In this document: positions 39,953 through 50,839 of the stretch, in pieces | Layout: every line of letters begins with the position of its first letter | How positions within the stretch are numbered: the stretch's first letter is position 1 | Origin: Anolis carolinensis | Lineage: Eukaryota | Reading direction: 5' to 3' | NCBI RefSeq assembly: GCF_035594765.1 | Contig: NC_085842.1 | Span: 248,693,747 to 248,757,746 of the forward strand | DNA: 64,000 nucleotides | The notes under the pieces: model-generated | Told to the model about the DNA's origin: nothing | What the model saw: only the letters and a program-made list of their open reading frames with translations | The model's database searches: none | Position numbers and translations under genes: made by a program

Positions 39953-40581
39953 GGGCCCATCCAGGCAGGCCCAAAACACAAGGCCTGTCCCAGGTTTACC
40001 TGAGGCATCCAAATAATGCCTCAGGTAAAGCTGAATTAATCCAGAATAAAATGGGATTTCCCAGTTTACTCCAGATTAATAAAACACTTGGAAAGATCTG
40101 GACCTTAATATAAGGTCCAGATCTTTCCAAGTGTGAGCCCTGTGGGGATTAACTCCCGGGGCTGCTTTCACAACCCACAGCGATCCCAGGGTGGGATGGC
40201 ACCCCCATCATCCACTCCCAGCCCTGCATATCCCCCAAAACTTGTGTGAGGTGCCTGGCTGCATGCTCACTCCACCTCCATGGAAAGCTGTGATGCTTCA
40301 GGCAGTTGGGGTGGGGGGTCATTTTGATGCACCAGAAGCTTTTCATGAAGGGGCCTGAGCATGTAGCCAGGCCCCCTACATATGTTTTTTTTTTTTGGAG
40401 GAATGGGGGGTTTGGAGGCTGGCTCTATGTCCTCCTGGGTCAAACTCTGGGAGGGAATGGAGCCCCCTCCCCCACCAGGGAGAGACTGGGGTTTAGGGTG
40501 GGTGTCAGGACTAAATCCTGGAAGGAACTGGGATATAATATCCCAATTCTTCCTGGAAATTAGTCATGTCTGGAAGGGCTC
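39953..40581. mobile_element. PIF/Harbinger-like non-autonomous element
   Basis: TIR GGGCCCATCCAGGCA / TGTCTGGAAGGGCTC; TAA on both sides; internal 24-bp perfect palindrome. Confidence 0.7.
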
Positions 40582-40626
40582 TAAGACTAGATTAACAATG
40601 GGTCAACTGGTGCAATTGTCCTAGGG

Positions 40627-40761
40627 CAGTGGGTCTCAACCTGTGGGTCCCCAGATGTTTTGGCCTTCAACTTCAACAAATCCTAACAGCTTGTAAACTG
40701 GTTGGGATTTCTGGGAGTCATAGGCCAAAACATCTGGGGACCCACAGGTTGAGAACCACTG
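40627..40761. mobile_element. Palindromic hAT MITE
   Basis: CAGTGGGTCTCAACCTGTGGGTCCCCAGATGTTTTGGCC and its inverse; degenerate TSD nnnTAGGG; a half copy lies at ~3043-3117. Confidence 0.82.
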
Positions 40762-43532
40762 CTATAGGGCCTTCACCTAAGGATCAAGTGCTAAAAGACA
40801 GGGGGGAGAGACGATAGCTTACCTCCTCTTCTTTCCTAATCTCTCCCTCCCAATGCTTTTGTTACCACCAATCTTTTCTTAACTTCCAACTGCCCTGGTT
40901 TAGCAGGGACTTTCAAAATGTCCTGATTTCTCTCTCCTCCTTCTACCTTCCACTTTTGTCCTGAGGTTATTTCAACTGCTGCATTCAGTTGTCTCAGATG
41001 ATTGATCAGAATATTGCTCTTCCCAGTAGGCTGATTTGGGTCTCCCTTCCTTTTCTTCAGGCTTTCCTAAACTTAAATTCTAGGGATTTTTCTATTCCAA
41101 ATAAGTTTGTGTGTTCTTCTCTATTATCATTAGCCCTCTTGTAAACTGGCTGCACCTTTTTGATGTTAGTCTAAGGTTGTTCAGCCACAAGTGTCACAGA
41201 TACTATCTGTGAAATTTTAAAGGGTTTGTGTATTGTTATTGTGCAATTGGATTTAAAATGCATAGAATCAAGCTATTAATCTTATGGATGAAGCATGGTT
41301 GAAAATGGGTTCCTGCAGAAATATTGCCTCTATAATATTATGAATTTTATTTGTTTATGTATTCCACCAATCTGAAAAGGTTTATACATGCACAAGGAGG
41401 GTTATTGAAAATGTTCTAGGACCCTGGCCATCTTAATCCAATTTTCCCAGAACTTCCATATATTTCAATATGTCTTATTTTCAGATATTAGAGGGAAATT
41501 CCAAACACCCCACTCCTCCCAGTCCAACAATTTGGCTGCCACAAAGCCCTAAATGACTCCTTTTAAACAGATGTCACCCTTTCAATTCAACAAGAGTTGA
41601 AGAGCTATCAGTGTTGACTCTGGCCAGTGACTCACTTTCATACAAATCAAGATAAGGGCCAAGGAGACATTGAAGTGAGGGGCTTAAAGTTATTCTTTGC
41701 CTGAGATAGAGAAAATGTCTAGAATCCTGGATTAGTTTCCCTGGCCTTCAGCATACTATCATTCAATGATCTCTAGAACCATCGTTTTGTGTCCTTTATT
41801 TTGGGGAAACAGGAAATGCCTTTCTACTATTAGTCTTTTTTAGCTTTGTTTGTAATAATAGTCTATTACCACTTTAACATAAATGAATATTCACAGTGGT
41901 CATACAAAAACAAGGCACGCAACAACAGTTTGCATAGCTAAATTAGGATATTATTTCCCTACTCTTTTCGATGAACAATCTTTAAACACCATTTCAATGG
42001 TAAGGGCAGAAGCATATGATCCATACCTTTTTTTTTTTTTTTTGCACAGGAGCCAAATTATACCTGACAATGTCCGTTTTGAATCCAAAAACCAAGGCCT
42101 TAGAGTTTAAACTGCCTCAGAGGCATGTGTTGACCTTTCATCTTCTCTACCACTAGTTTGATTGTAGCTTCAGTCCAGAAATATCTGAAGAACCATTTAT
42201 TTCTCAGCCTCAGCTTAAATCTAGGTCAGTTCCAATCTCACAATAAAGAGAATGAATATGATCTAATTCTTAGATATAAAGAGATAATAGGTGAGGATGC
42301 TGAACTCTACCCTCCTACAAAGCTCATTGTTTCTATTGTCTTCTCTCCCTCAAAGGAGTTCTTTTCTTCTTAGACAAGATCTTATGTCAGAAGTAAGTTC
42401 AGCTAGAGAAAAACAACTTGGGAGGGAGAAGCTATACAGTTGTCTGAAGAAGGTTCAGCCATGGGAGGGAGGGTGGGAAAAGTATTATTATTTTGTAGCT
42501 ATGCCCAAAGCCCCCAGCCAGTATGACCATTGGCTATGTTGCCCTTCTGTACAAAAAACTTGTGCATTCTACTTCTAACTTTATACATGAAAGGTACAAA
42601 CTCAAGTTAAAACAAATAGGTAAACTTGTTGAGTTTTGCCTCCTAGATATTTAGCAAAACTAATGTGGTTAAGGAACCTTGGTATAAATTAGGGGTTATT
42701 TAAAAGTGAAAGTAGTATTTGAGTGTGTAATGTCATTCCATGTAAAAGCAACCCTGATAAAAATGCCCAGAGACATCTCTATTGCGAAAAAATTCCAAAC
42801 AAACAAACAATCTCCACTGTCATCTTAATACACTTCTACCACTAATATCTCAAAAATAGTTTGTACTGGGACTCAAAACAGAAGAAATAACTCCCAGCAT
42901 TGACTTGGTAAGAAAAAAAAAACATCAACAGAGTTGTTTAATTGTGTACATGCTCCTGTGCAGTACAGTTACTGCTCTTTTTTTTAAAAAAAAACAACAA
43001 CAACAAACATAGTCTGTGGTTCTGGTGCCAGCTTGTACCTGCTCCACATGAACTGTGCAGTGTGACAGTGTCTGCTTTGTTCAGACTCTGTTGTGTGCCC
43101 AATGACACTTGGATAGGGAGAACAAGAATACTGACACAATGAAGAGGAGACACTTTTTGGAGGGGGTTATGATGTTATTGATTTTTGAGCCGCTACTCAC
43201 ATACTATAGAAGCAGCGCTTGCTAAACAGCATGGAGTTGCAGTACATCATCTGTGAAAGATTTTATTGTGACATTTTACTCCCTTAGCTTTCCTATCATA
43301 GCATCAAAACTCATGGGGAAATCAACAGCAGCAATATTTCCATAATGAGCATTGGCTACTGAATAGTAAATATTTGTCTGGATGAATCAGACATGCTTAA
43401 ATGGGGGTAGCCCTACCATGAGACAAGCTGAGGCAGCTGCCGACAGGGACAAAAGCTGGGTGATGGCAATAAGATCTTGGAATAGTGAGATGTGGGCCAT
43501 TCAGCCTGCTCATACTCTTTGAGCCAGGGGTG

Positions 43533-45055
43533 AGAATCATAGAATCATAGAATCATAGAATAGTAGAGTTGGAAGAGACCACATGGGCCATCTAGTCCAA
43601 CCCCCTGCTAAGAAGCAGGAAATCGCATTCAAAGCACCCCCGACAGATGGCCGTCCAGCCTCTGCTTAAAAGCTTCCAAAGAAGGAGCCTCCACCACAGT
43701 CCGGGGGAGAGAGTTCCACTGCCGAACAGCCCTCACAGTGAGGAAGTTCTTCCTGATGTTCAGGTGGAATCTCCTTTCCTGTAGTTTGAAGCCATTGTTC
43801 CGTGTCCTAGTCTGCAGGGCAGCAGAAAACAAGCTCCCTCCCTCCTCCCTATGACTTCCCCTCACATATTTGTACATGGCTATCATGTCTCCTCTCAGCC
43901 TTCTCTTCTGCAGGCTAAACATGCCCAGCTCTTTAAGCCTCTCCTCATAGGGCTTGTTTTCCAGACCCTTAATCATTTTAGTCGCCCTCCTCTGGACGCT
44001 TTCCAGCTTGTCAGCATCTCCCTTCATCTGCGGTGCCCAAAACTGGACACAGTATTCCAGGTGTGGTCTGACCAAGGCAGAATAGAGGGGGAGCATGACT
44101 TCCCTGGATCTAGACGTTATTCCCCTATTGATGCAGGCCAAAATCCCATTGGCTTTTTTAGCTGCCGCATCACATTGTAGGCTCATGTTTAACTTGTTGT
44201 CCACGAGGACTCCAAGATCTTTTTCGCACACACTGCTGTCAAGCCAGGCGTCCCCCATTCTGTATCTTTGATTTCCATTTTTTCTGCCGAAGTGAAGTAT
44301 CTTGCATTTGTCCCTGTTGAACTTCATTTTGTTAGTTTCGGCCCATCTCTCTAGTCTCTCAAGATCGTTTTGAATTCTGCTCCTGTCTTCTGGAGTGTTA
44401 GCTATCCCTCCGAGTTTGGTGTCATCTGCAAACTTGATGATCGTGCCTTCTAACCCTTCGTCTAAGTCGTTAATAAAGATGTTGAACAGAACCGGGCCCA
44501 GGACGGAGCCCTGCGGCACTCCACTTGTCACTTCTTTCCATGATGAAGACGACGCATTGGTGAGCACCCTTTGGGTTCGTTCGCTTAGCCAATTACAGAT
44601 CCACCTAACCGTAGTTTTGTCTAGCCCACATTTTACTAGTTTGTTTGCCAGAAGGTCGTGGGGGACTTTGTCGAAGGCCTTACTGAAATCCAGGTACGCT
44701 ACATCCACAGCATTCCCTGTATCGACCCAACTCGTAACTCTATCGAAAAAAGAGATCAGATTAGTCTGGCATGACTTGTTTTTGGTAAATCCGTGTTGAC
44801 TATTAGCAATGACCGCATTTGTTTCTAAGTGTTTGCAGACCACTTCCTTAATGATCTTTTCCAGAATCTTGCCTGGTATTGATGTGAGGCTGACCGGACG
44901 GTAATTGTTTGGGTCGTTCTTTTTTCCCTTCTTGAAGATAGGGACCACATTCGCCCTCCTCCAATCTGCTGGGACTTCTCCTGTTCTCCAAGAACTCTCG
45001 AAGATGATTGCCAGTGGTTCTGAAATAACTTCCGCTAGTTCCTTCAATACTCTTG
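43533..45055 (-). mobile_element. Young 5'-truncated CR1 LINE with uninterrupted RT ORF2 segment
   Basis: ORF 43629..45074 encodes [49 protein letters not shown] and the CR1 C-terminus; 3' (ATTCTATG)n octamer tail at 43533-43560; no stops over ~475 codons. Confidence 0.96.
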
Positions 45056-47466
45056 AATAATACACCCCTCCCAATATTGCTGGACTGCAACTCTCAGCAT
45101 TCCTCTCCAGTTCAGCAACATCTGGAGGACCACATGACTCCCACTGCTGCCCTAAAATAGCTTGATGTCTTCAAGTGTGGTGGAAGATGTTGCTATAAGA
45201 GCAACAAAACATCTCAGGCTGAGTATTCATGAGTGCACCAGTTCATGATCGGCATGGCATATCCTGCCACAAAAACTGGGAAGATATAAGTTATATACAA
45301 GATATAAGATATAAGTTGTAGTCCAATAACATCTGCAACCATTCAACCCGAAAATTGATGCCTCTCTGGCCTTGCCTAACTCCCAGTTATGATAGAGACA
45401 AAAATGTCAAAGTCAACATTTTCCCTGTCAATGGAAGAGCAGGGTGATTTGTTGATTGCTTTGTATTCTACGCTGCAGATGTTAAAATACACTGGAACGC
45501 CAGTTCAAAGCAGCAAGCAAACAAAATTTTGGCAGTACATTTCACCTAAAATAATGTGTTATCCCAACCTGTTCCATAACTAGTAGATATAAAATTGAAA
45601 CAGTATCATATGATGTCTTCAAAGGGTTGTTTTTCTTCCTTTAGCTAGCAGATGGTCAAGACTTTCAACTCACTGCAGCCAGTGAACTATAGAAAGAGAT
45701 ACTGTTGGCGTCAACTATGTGATAGACAAAACAGCAGTAAGTGCACAGTTACTGAATGGAGAGATACCAGGAGTTGAAACACATTTGTGGGAGGGAAGGC
45801 TACAGCTTGGGTGCTCTATGGATTCTAATACTGTACACACATATATGGGATGTTTCACTTTTGAAAGGGGTGTTTTTATCAGAAAACTGGTCATTAGGAA
45901 AAGATCATGCTTTCATCAATATTTAATGGGGAGATGGTGGGTTTTGTGAGTCTGCTGTAGCAAATCCTGGCCCTAGCTTATCAATACCATCACTGATCTA
46001 ACATATTTTTCATAATATTCAGCCTGTAGACTTTAAAAAAAGTAGAAACAACACTCAGCAACTGTTTTTAGGGCTCTGTTTGAAACATTTTACGAAACTG
46101 GTACAAGGCAGACAAAATCCAAATTTATTACCAATTTTGATGGTTCCATCCTAAGGCACCCTAGGATTTGTTGTTTGGTGAGATAAGTCTGAATTCTCTG
46201 CTTGAAAGCTCCCTTGGGACTGGACTGGCGCTCTCCAGCATGGTGCTTCTTGGGTTATCTGATACGAGGAACTGGCAATGGTTTCCTCCCAAAATGTACC
46301 AGGGACCAATGCTACTGTTTGTGATTATTGTCAACAATAAACAGTTTCTTTGCTCCTAAAACCTTGTCAGCAGCGAGTGGCAGCCAATGGCCCAGTGGCA
46401 GGTATTTGTCCAGGGACCACCGCTTTGAGTAGCACTGCTCTAGCAGACCATTTCAAGCATCAGGATTGCAAAGGATGGAGCCAGAGCAGTTAAAGTAAGA
46501 GCAAAGCGCAGCAACTGTGCCTTGCGGATACATCCCTGGAATCTCATCCAGCATTCTTGGCACTAGACTGCTTTTCTTTTGTGGCTTCCCAATGTAGCTG
46601 CACCTATGACTGTCTATTAAATATACCAACATGTCAAACACTGTATGCCAATTTAATTTTTGAACTTTCTAATGTGCATGTGCTCTAGTAAGAAATGTCA
46701 TTATTACCCAGATACAATGTTGGTTTGAATCACTTACTTTTTTCTGTACACACTGTGAACATGAACTGTTGTGTCTATGGCTGCTGTTTTTTTTTTTTTT
46801 TTTTAAAATAACATTTGATTTTGTCACTTTTTCTGGTAGTTTAGCTCTAAGATTCCAGGTACCATCTTGTGCTGGAGGAAGACCATGGAAACGATACCAT
46901 GAGTTACTACATTGGATGACATCAACCCTAGTGATGCTACTTTGTCTGCACAATATGGTACAAGGCCTGAAGTGAATTATTTTATGCTGTCAACTCATTT
47001 CTGACTGAAAACAACCTTATGTTTTTTTGGGGGGCTGAGTGTGCATGACTCACCTGAGATCACCCAGTGGGTTTCCATGGCCAAACAGGGATTCAAATCT
47101 TAGTCTCTGTTATACCACACTGGCTCTCTGTGCAGTGGATAAGACACTCAAATTAACATGGCTCCCTCTTCACTTTGCAGAAAAGTCATACAAAATACAG
47201 TATGAATCTGTGGATGATACGTTCCAAGACCACCATGAAAGCCTGAGACCATGGGTGATAGTGATCTCTATACAGTGATAGAGTGATAGTGATCTCCACA
47301 TTTGCAGTGTTGACTTTTGCAGATTTGATTATTTAGGAACATGATTACATTTTTGACTCTGGGAAACTCTCTAGGACTCTCGCAATTCTATGGTCAGCTT
47401 TCAGTGGAAGTTGACCACAGTGTTGTGCCAGAAGAAATAGAAATTCCCAGAGAGATGTCCTCTTAT

Positions 47467-47798
47467 GTAAAGGTAAAGGTTTTCCCCTGACATTAAGTCT
47501 AGTTGTGTCTGACTCTGGGGGTTGGTGCTCATCTCCATTTCTAAGCCGAAGAGCTGATGTTGTTTGTAGACACCTCCAAGATCATGTGGCCACCATGACT
47601 GCATAGATCGCCGTTACCTTCCCACTGGAGCAGTACCTATTGATCTACTCACATTTGCATGTTTTTGAACTGCTAGGTTGGCAGAAGCTGGAGCTGACAG
47701 CAGGAGCTTACTCCACTCCCCAGATTTGAACCACCGACCTTTTGGTTCAGCAGCTCAAGCAGCCAAGTTCAGCAGTTCAGCAGTTTAACCCATTGCGC
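47467..47798 (-). mobile_element. Sauria-type tRNA-derived SINE
   Basis: (ACCTTT)n tail read as GTAAAGGTAAAGGT; B-box-like GGTTCAAATC on the minus strand; inserted within an older Tigger-like MITE. Confidence 0.85.
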
Positions 47799-49303
47799 CT
47801 CTTTTGAAACGCAAGAGTAATTTCTTGATTTATGTTTTTCTATTTTCATGGGAGACTTGTGCCCCTAACCTTAGTGAATGTGGAGGGCTGACTGTTTTTT
47901 GATTTGGTCCCACAGTAACCAAATAATAACACTGTAGGACCTAGGTTGTCCCACAAACACATCTGGAAGGAGAATATTTGTGTAGGGTGGGCAAATGAAA
48001 CCATGGTGTTTGAATCTGTGGATTAGGGGGTCATATTGCATAAAGCCTGTCACCCTAAGCTCCCTTCTTTCCTCGTCCAGGTTCTAAAATGAATGCACAT
48101 AGAGCCCTGGATGATTTAAATACTTGAAGCATTGCCAATTAACCTCACACAAAGAGGGAAGTCCTCGGTGTGTGGGTACCGTGGGTGAGCCCTTTCTCTC
48201 CCCCCTGGGCACCTTCTTTGACCTCAGGCCCGGGGAAATAATCCTGCCAGCCAGAGCTGCCCCTTTGAAGGCAGGGAACCGGCACTGAGTAAATGATCTC
48301 CGGAGAAACAATTAGTTTGAACAGCCTTCATTTCCTCCAGCCTTCTCCCTCCTTCTCTCTTTCCCTTTCCCTTTCTTCTTCCTCCTCCTCTTCTCTTTTC
48401 CCTCTCCCAATGCCAGGCATCTTGGTGCCCAATTAACAGCCCATCTTGGATGGAGGCGAATGAGGGGGCGAAATCCTGACATCTCCTTAAATTGAAGAAA
48501 ATGAGATCATAGAATGTATTAGTTTCCTTAGTTGCTGGAGTGGGGGGCTAAATGGGGGGGGGGAGCTCTAAGTGAGTGTGTGGTTTGATTTGGCATAGAT
48601 GGTTCCATGTAGTGTTTTTTTTTCTTGCAATGTGTGCATATAATAATAAAATAATAAATAAAAATAAAGAAAATGAAAGATGCTGGAAGGCTTATCTGTA
48701 TCACTGACATTAGTTGTGGGTAGATGAAGGGGTTATGCGTGGGTATGTGATTTGAATTGAGGTAAATGTTGCAATATAATATTTATTTATTGCAATGTGG
48801 GTATATAATGTGTAATGATAATAGAGAAAATAAGAGAATTAAAAATTTAGAAAGGAAGATTTATTGGTATCAGTGTCCTTAATTTGGGACTTAAGTGGGA
48901 GGGGGGGTTGTCCGTGGGCTTTTTTGGTGGTGACAAATGTTGCAATGTAATAGCTCTTTCTTGTAATGTGTGTATATAATTTTAATAATAGTAAAAGAAT
49001 ATGAAAATAAAAGATACTGGAAGGCCTATCTGTGTTAGTATCCTTAGTTGGGGGTTTAAGTTGTGGGGGATGTGTGGAATATTTGTGTGTGGTGGTCATA
49101 AATGATATAATGTAATATTTATTGTGTAATAATATGTATAACAGTAATAGTAATAGAAAACAAATGCTCTTAGGAGGCCTATTTGTATTGGTGTCCTTAT
49201 TTGTGCGTGTGTGTGTCTGTTAATTGTGTTAAGGGAGTGGTTGGGGGAATAGATGTTGCCATGCAATATTTCTTATAAAATGCTGCACATTGCATGTAAT
49301 GTA

Positions 49304-49597
49304 GTAAAGGTAAAGGTTTTTCCCTGGCATTAAGTCTAGTTGTGTTCGACTCTGGGGGTTAGTGCTCATCTCCATTTCTAAGATGAGGAGCTGGCATTAT
49401 CCGTAGACACCTCCAAGGTTGTTACCTTTCTGCTGGAGCAGTACCTATTGATCTACTCACATTTGCATGTTTTCGAACTTCGAAGTTGGCAGAAGCTGGG
49501 GCTAACAGCAGGAGCTTGCTCCGCTCCTCAGATTCGAACCCGGGATTCAAGTTCAGCAGCTCAGCTGTTTAATCTGCTGCACCACCAGGTGTTCCAA
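49304..49597 (-). mobile_element. Sauria-type SINE
   Basis: (ACCTTT)n tail; 11-bp TSD CATGTAATGTA (49293-49303, 49598-49608). Confidence 0.88.
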
Positions 49598-49776
49598 CAT
49601 GTAATGTAACAATAGTAATAATAAGTATAATAAATTAATGAAAATTAAAGATCCTGGAAGGCGTATCTCTATTAGTGTCCTTAGTTGTGGGTTTAAGTTG
49701 GGGGGGGGGGTGTCCATGTGGGGTAGATGTTGCAAGATTTCTTCCTTTTGTGTAACGTGTGCACATCACAGGTAAT

Positions 49777-50039
49777 TTTTTTTGTTTTCGTGTCAGAAGC
49801 GACTTCAGAAACTGCAAGTCGCTTCTTGTGTGAGAGAATTGGCCGTCTGCAAGGACGTTGTCCAGGGGACACCCCGATGTTTGATGTTTTTTACCATCCT
49901 TGTGGGAGGCTTCACTCATGTCCCCGAGCTAGAGCTGACAGACGGGAGTTCACTCTGCCCCCCGGATTCGAACCATCAACCTTTCGGTCAGCAGTTCAGC
50001 TTGCACAACGGTTTAACACCATTGCGCCACCGGGAGTTC
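49777..50039 (-). mobile_element. SINE with Sauria-type tRNA head but a different, poly(A)-ended tail (Vingi-like)
   Basis: Head ~49930-50039 aligns by eye with the Sauria heads; the tail ends ..AAGTCGCTTCTGACACGAAAA; 8-bp TSD CAGGTAAT. Confidence 0.75.
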
Positions 50040-50122
50040 CAGGTAATATAATCAAAAATAAGAAAACAAAGGATGCTGGAAGAAAGGGTTATCACACACA
50101 CACACACACATATATATATATA

Positions 50123-50444
50123 GGTAAAAGTTTTCCCCTGACATTAGTTGTGCGACTCTGGAGGTTGGTGCTCATCTCCATTTCTAAGCTGAAGAGCCGG
50201 CATTGTCCATAGACAACTCCTAGGTCATGTGGCTGGCATGACTGAATGGAGCGCTGTTACCTTTTCGCCCGAGCAGTACCTATTGATCTACTCACATTTG
50301 CGTGCTTTCGAACTGCTAGATTGGCAGAAGCTGAGGCTGACAGCGGGAGCTCACTCCACACCCTGGATTCGAACCGCCAACCTTTCGGTCAGCAAGTTCA
50401 GCAGCTCAGTGGTTTAACCCACTGCGTCATTGTCATCGGGGCTC
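50123..50444 (-). mobile_element. Sauria-type SINE
   Basis: Near full-length match to 47467 and 49304; flanked by (AT)n on both sides. Confidence 0.88.
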
Positions 50445-50516
50445 AAATATATATATGGCTGTTTTTTGGAGGGGAGGGGACTAGATTCTTCCTCCTTATA
50501 ATTTGTGCATATAGCT

Positions 50517-50650
50517 CAGGTATGGGCAAACTTCGGCCCTCCAGGTGTTTTGGACTTCAACTCCCACAATTCCTAACAGCCGGTAGGCTGTTAGGAATTG
50601 TGGGAGTTGAAGTCCAAAACACCCGGAGGGCCGAAGTTTGCCTATACCTG
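50517..50650. mobile_element. Palindromic hAT MITE at the edge of the TLE4 CpG island
   Basis: Near-perfect ~65-bp fold-back CAGGTATGGGCAAACTTCGGCCCTCC..; TSD ATATAGCT/ATACAGCA (6 of 8). Confidence 0.88.
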
Positions 50651-50839
50651 ATACAGCATGTTATAATAAACAAAAGATCTGTGTTATTATCCTTTGTTGG
50701 GAATGGGGGCTTATGTTGAAGTTGTTGTGTGTATGGTTTTTATTATTGTGTGTGTGTGCGGGGGGGGGGGGGAGCACTGGATGTTGCACTATTCCTTCCC
50801 TTCTTTGTAATGTGTGCATATCATTTTAATAAATTAATG

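Larger units (their letters stand above)
48490..50830. repeat. Degenerate ~150-180 bp tandem repeat interrupted by three SINEs and a hAT MITE
   Basis: Recurrent unit GATGCTGGAAGGC.TATCTGT.TTAGTGTCCTTAGTTG-(G-rich)-ATGTTGCAAT-(AT-rich); TCCTTA-type anchors at 48525, 48707, 48876, 49041, 49194, 49678. Confidence 0.7.

Noticed and set aside
43851-44799. Plus-strand ORFs of 109 and 134 aa
   Set aside because: Antisense shadows of the CR1 RT frame.
43629-45074. Domesticated or stand-alone reverse transcriptase gene (481 aa)
   Set aside because: A 5'-truncated CR1 with its octamer tail; the start is a TTG in flanking DNA and the endonuclease domain is absent.
49930-50444. tRNA genes
   Set aside because: Only SINE heads with B-box-like motifs; no complete cloverleaf.
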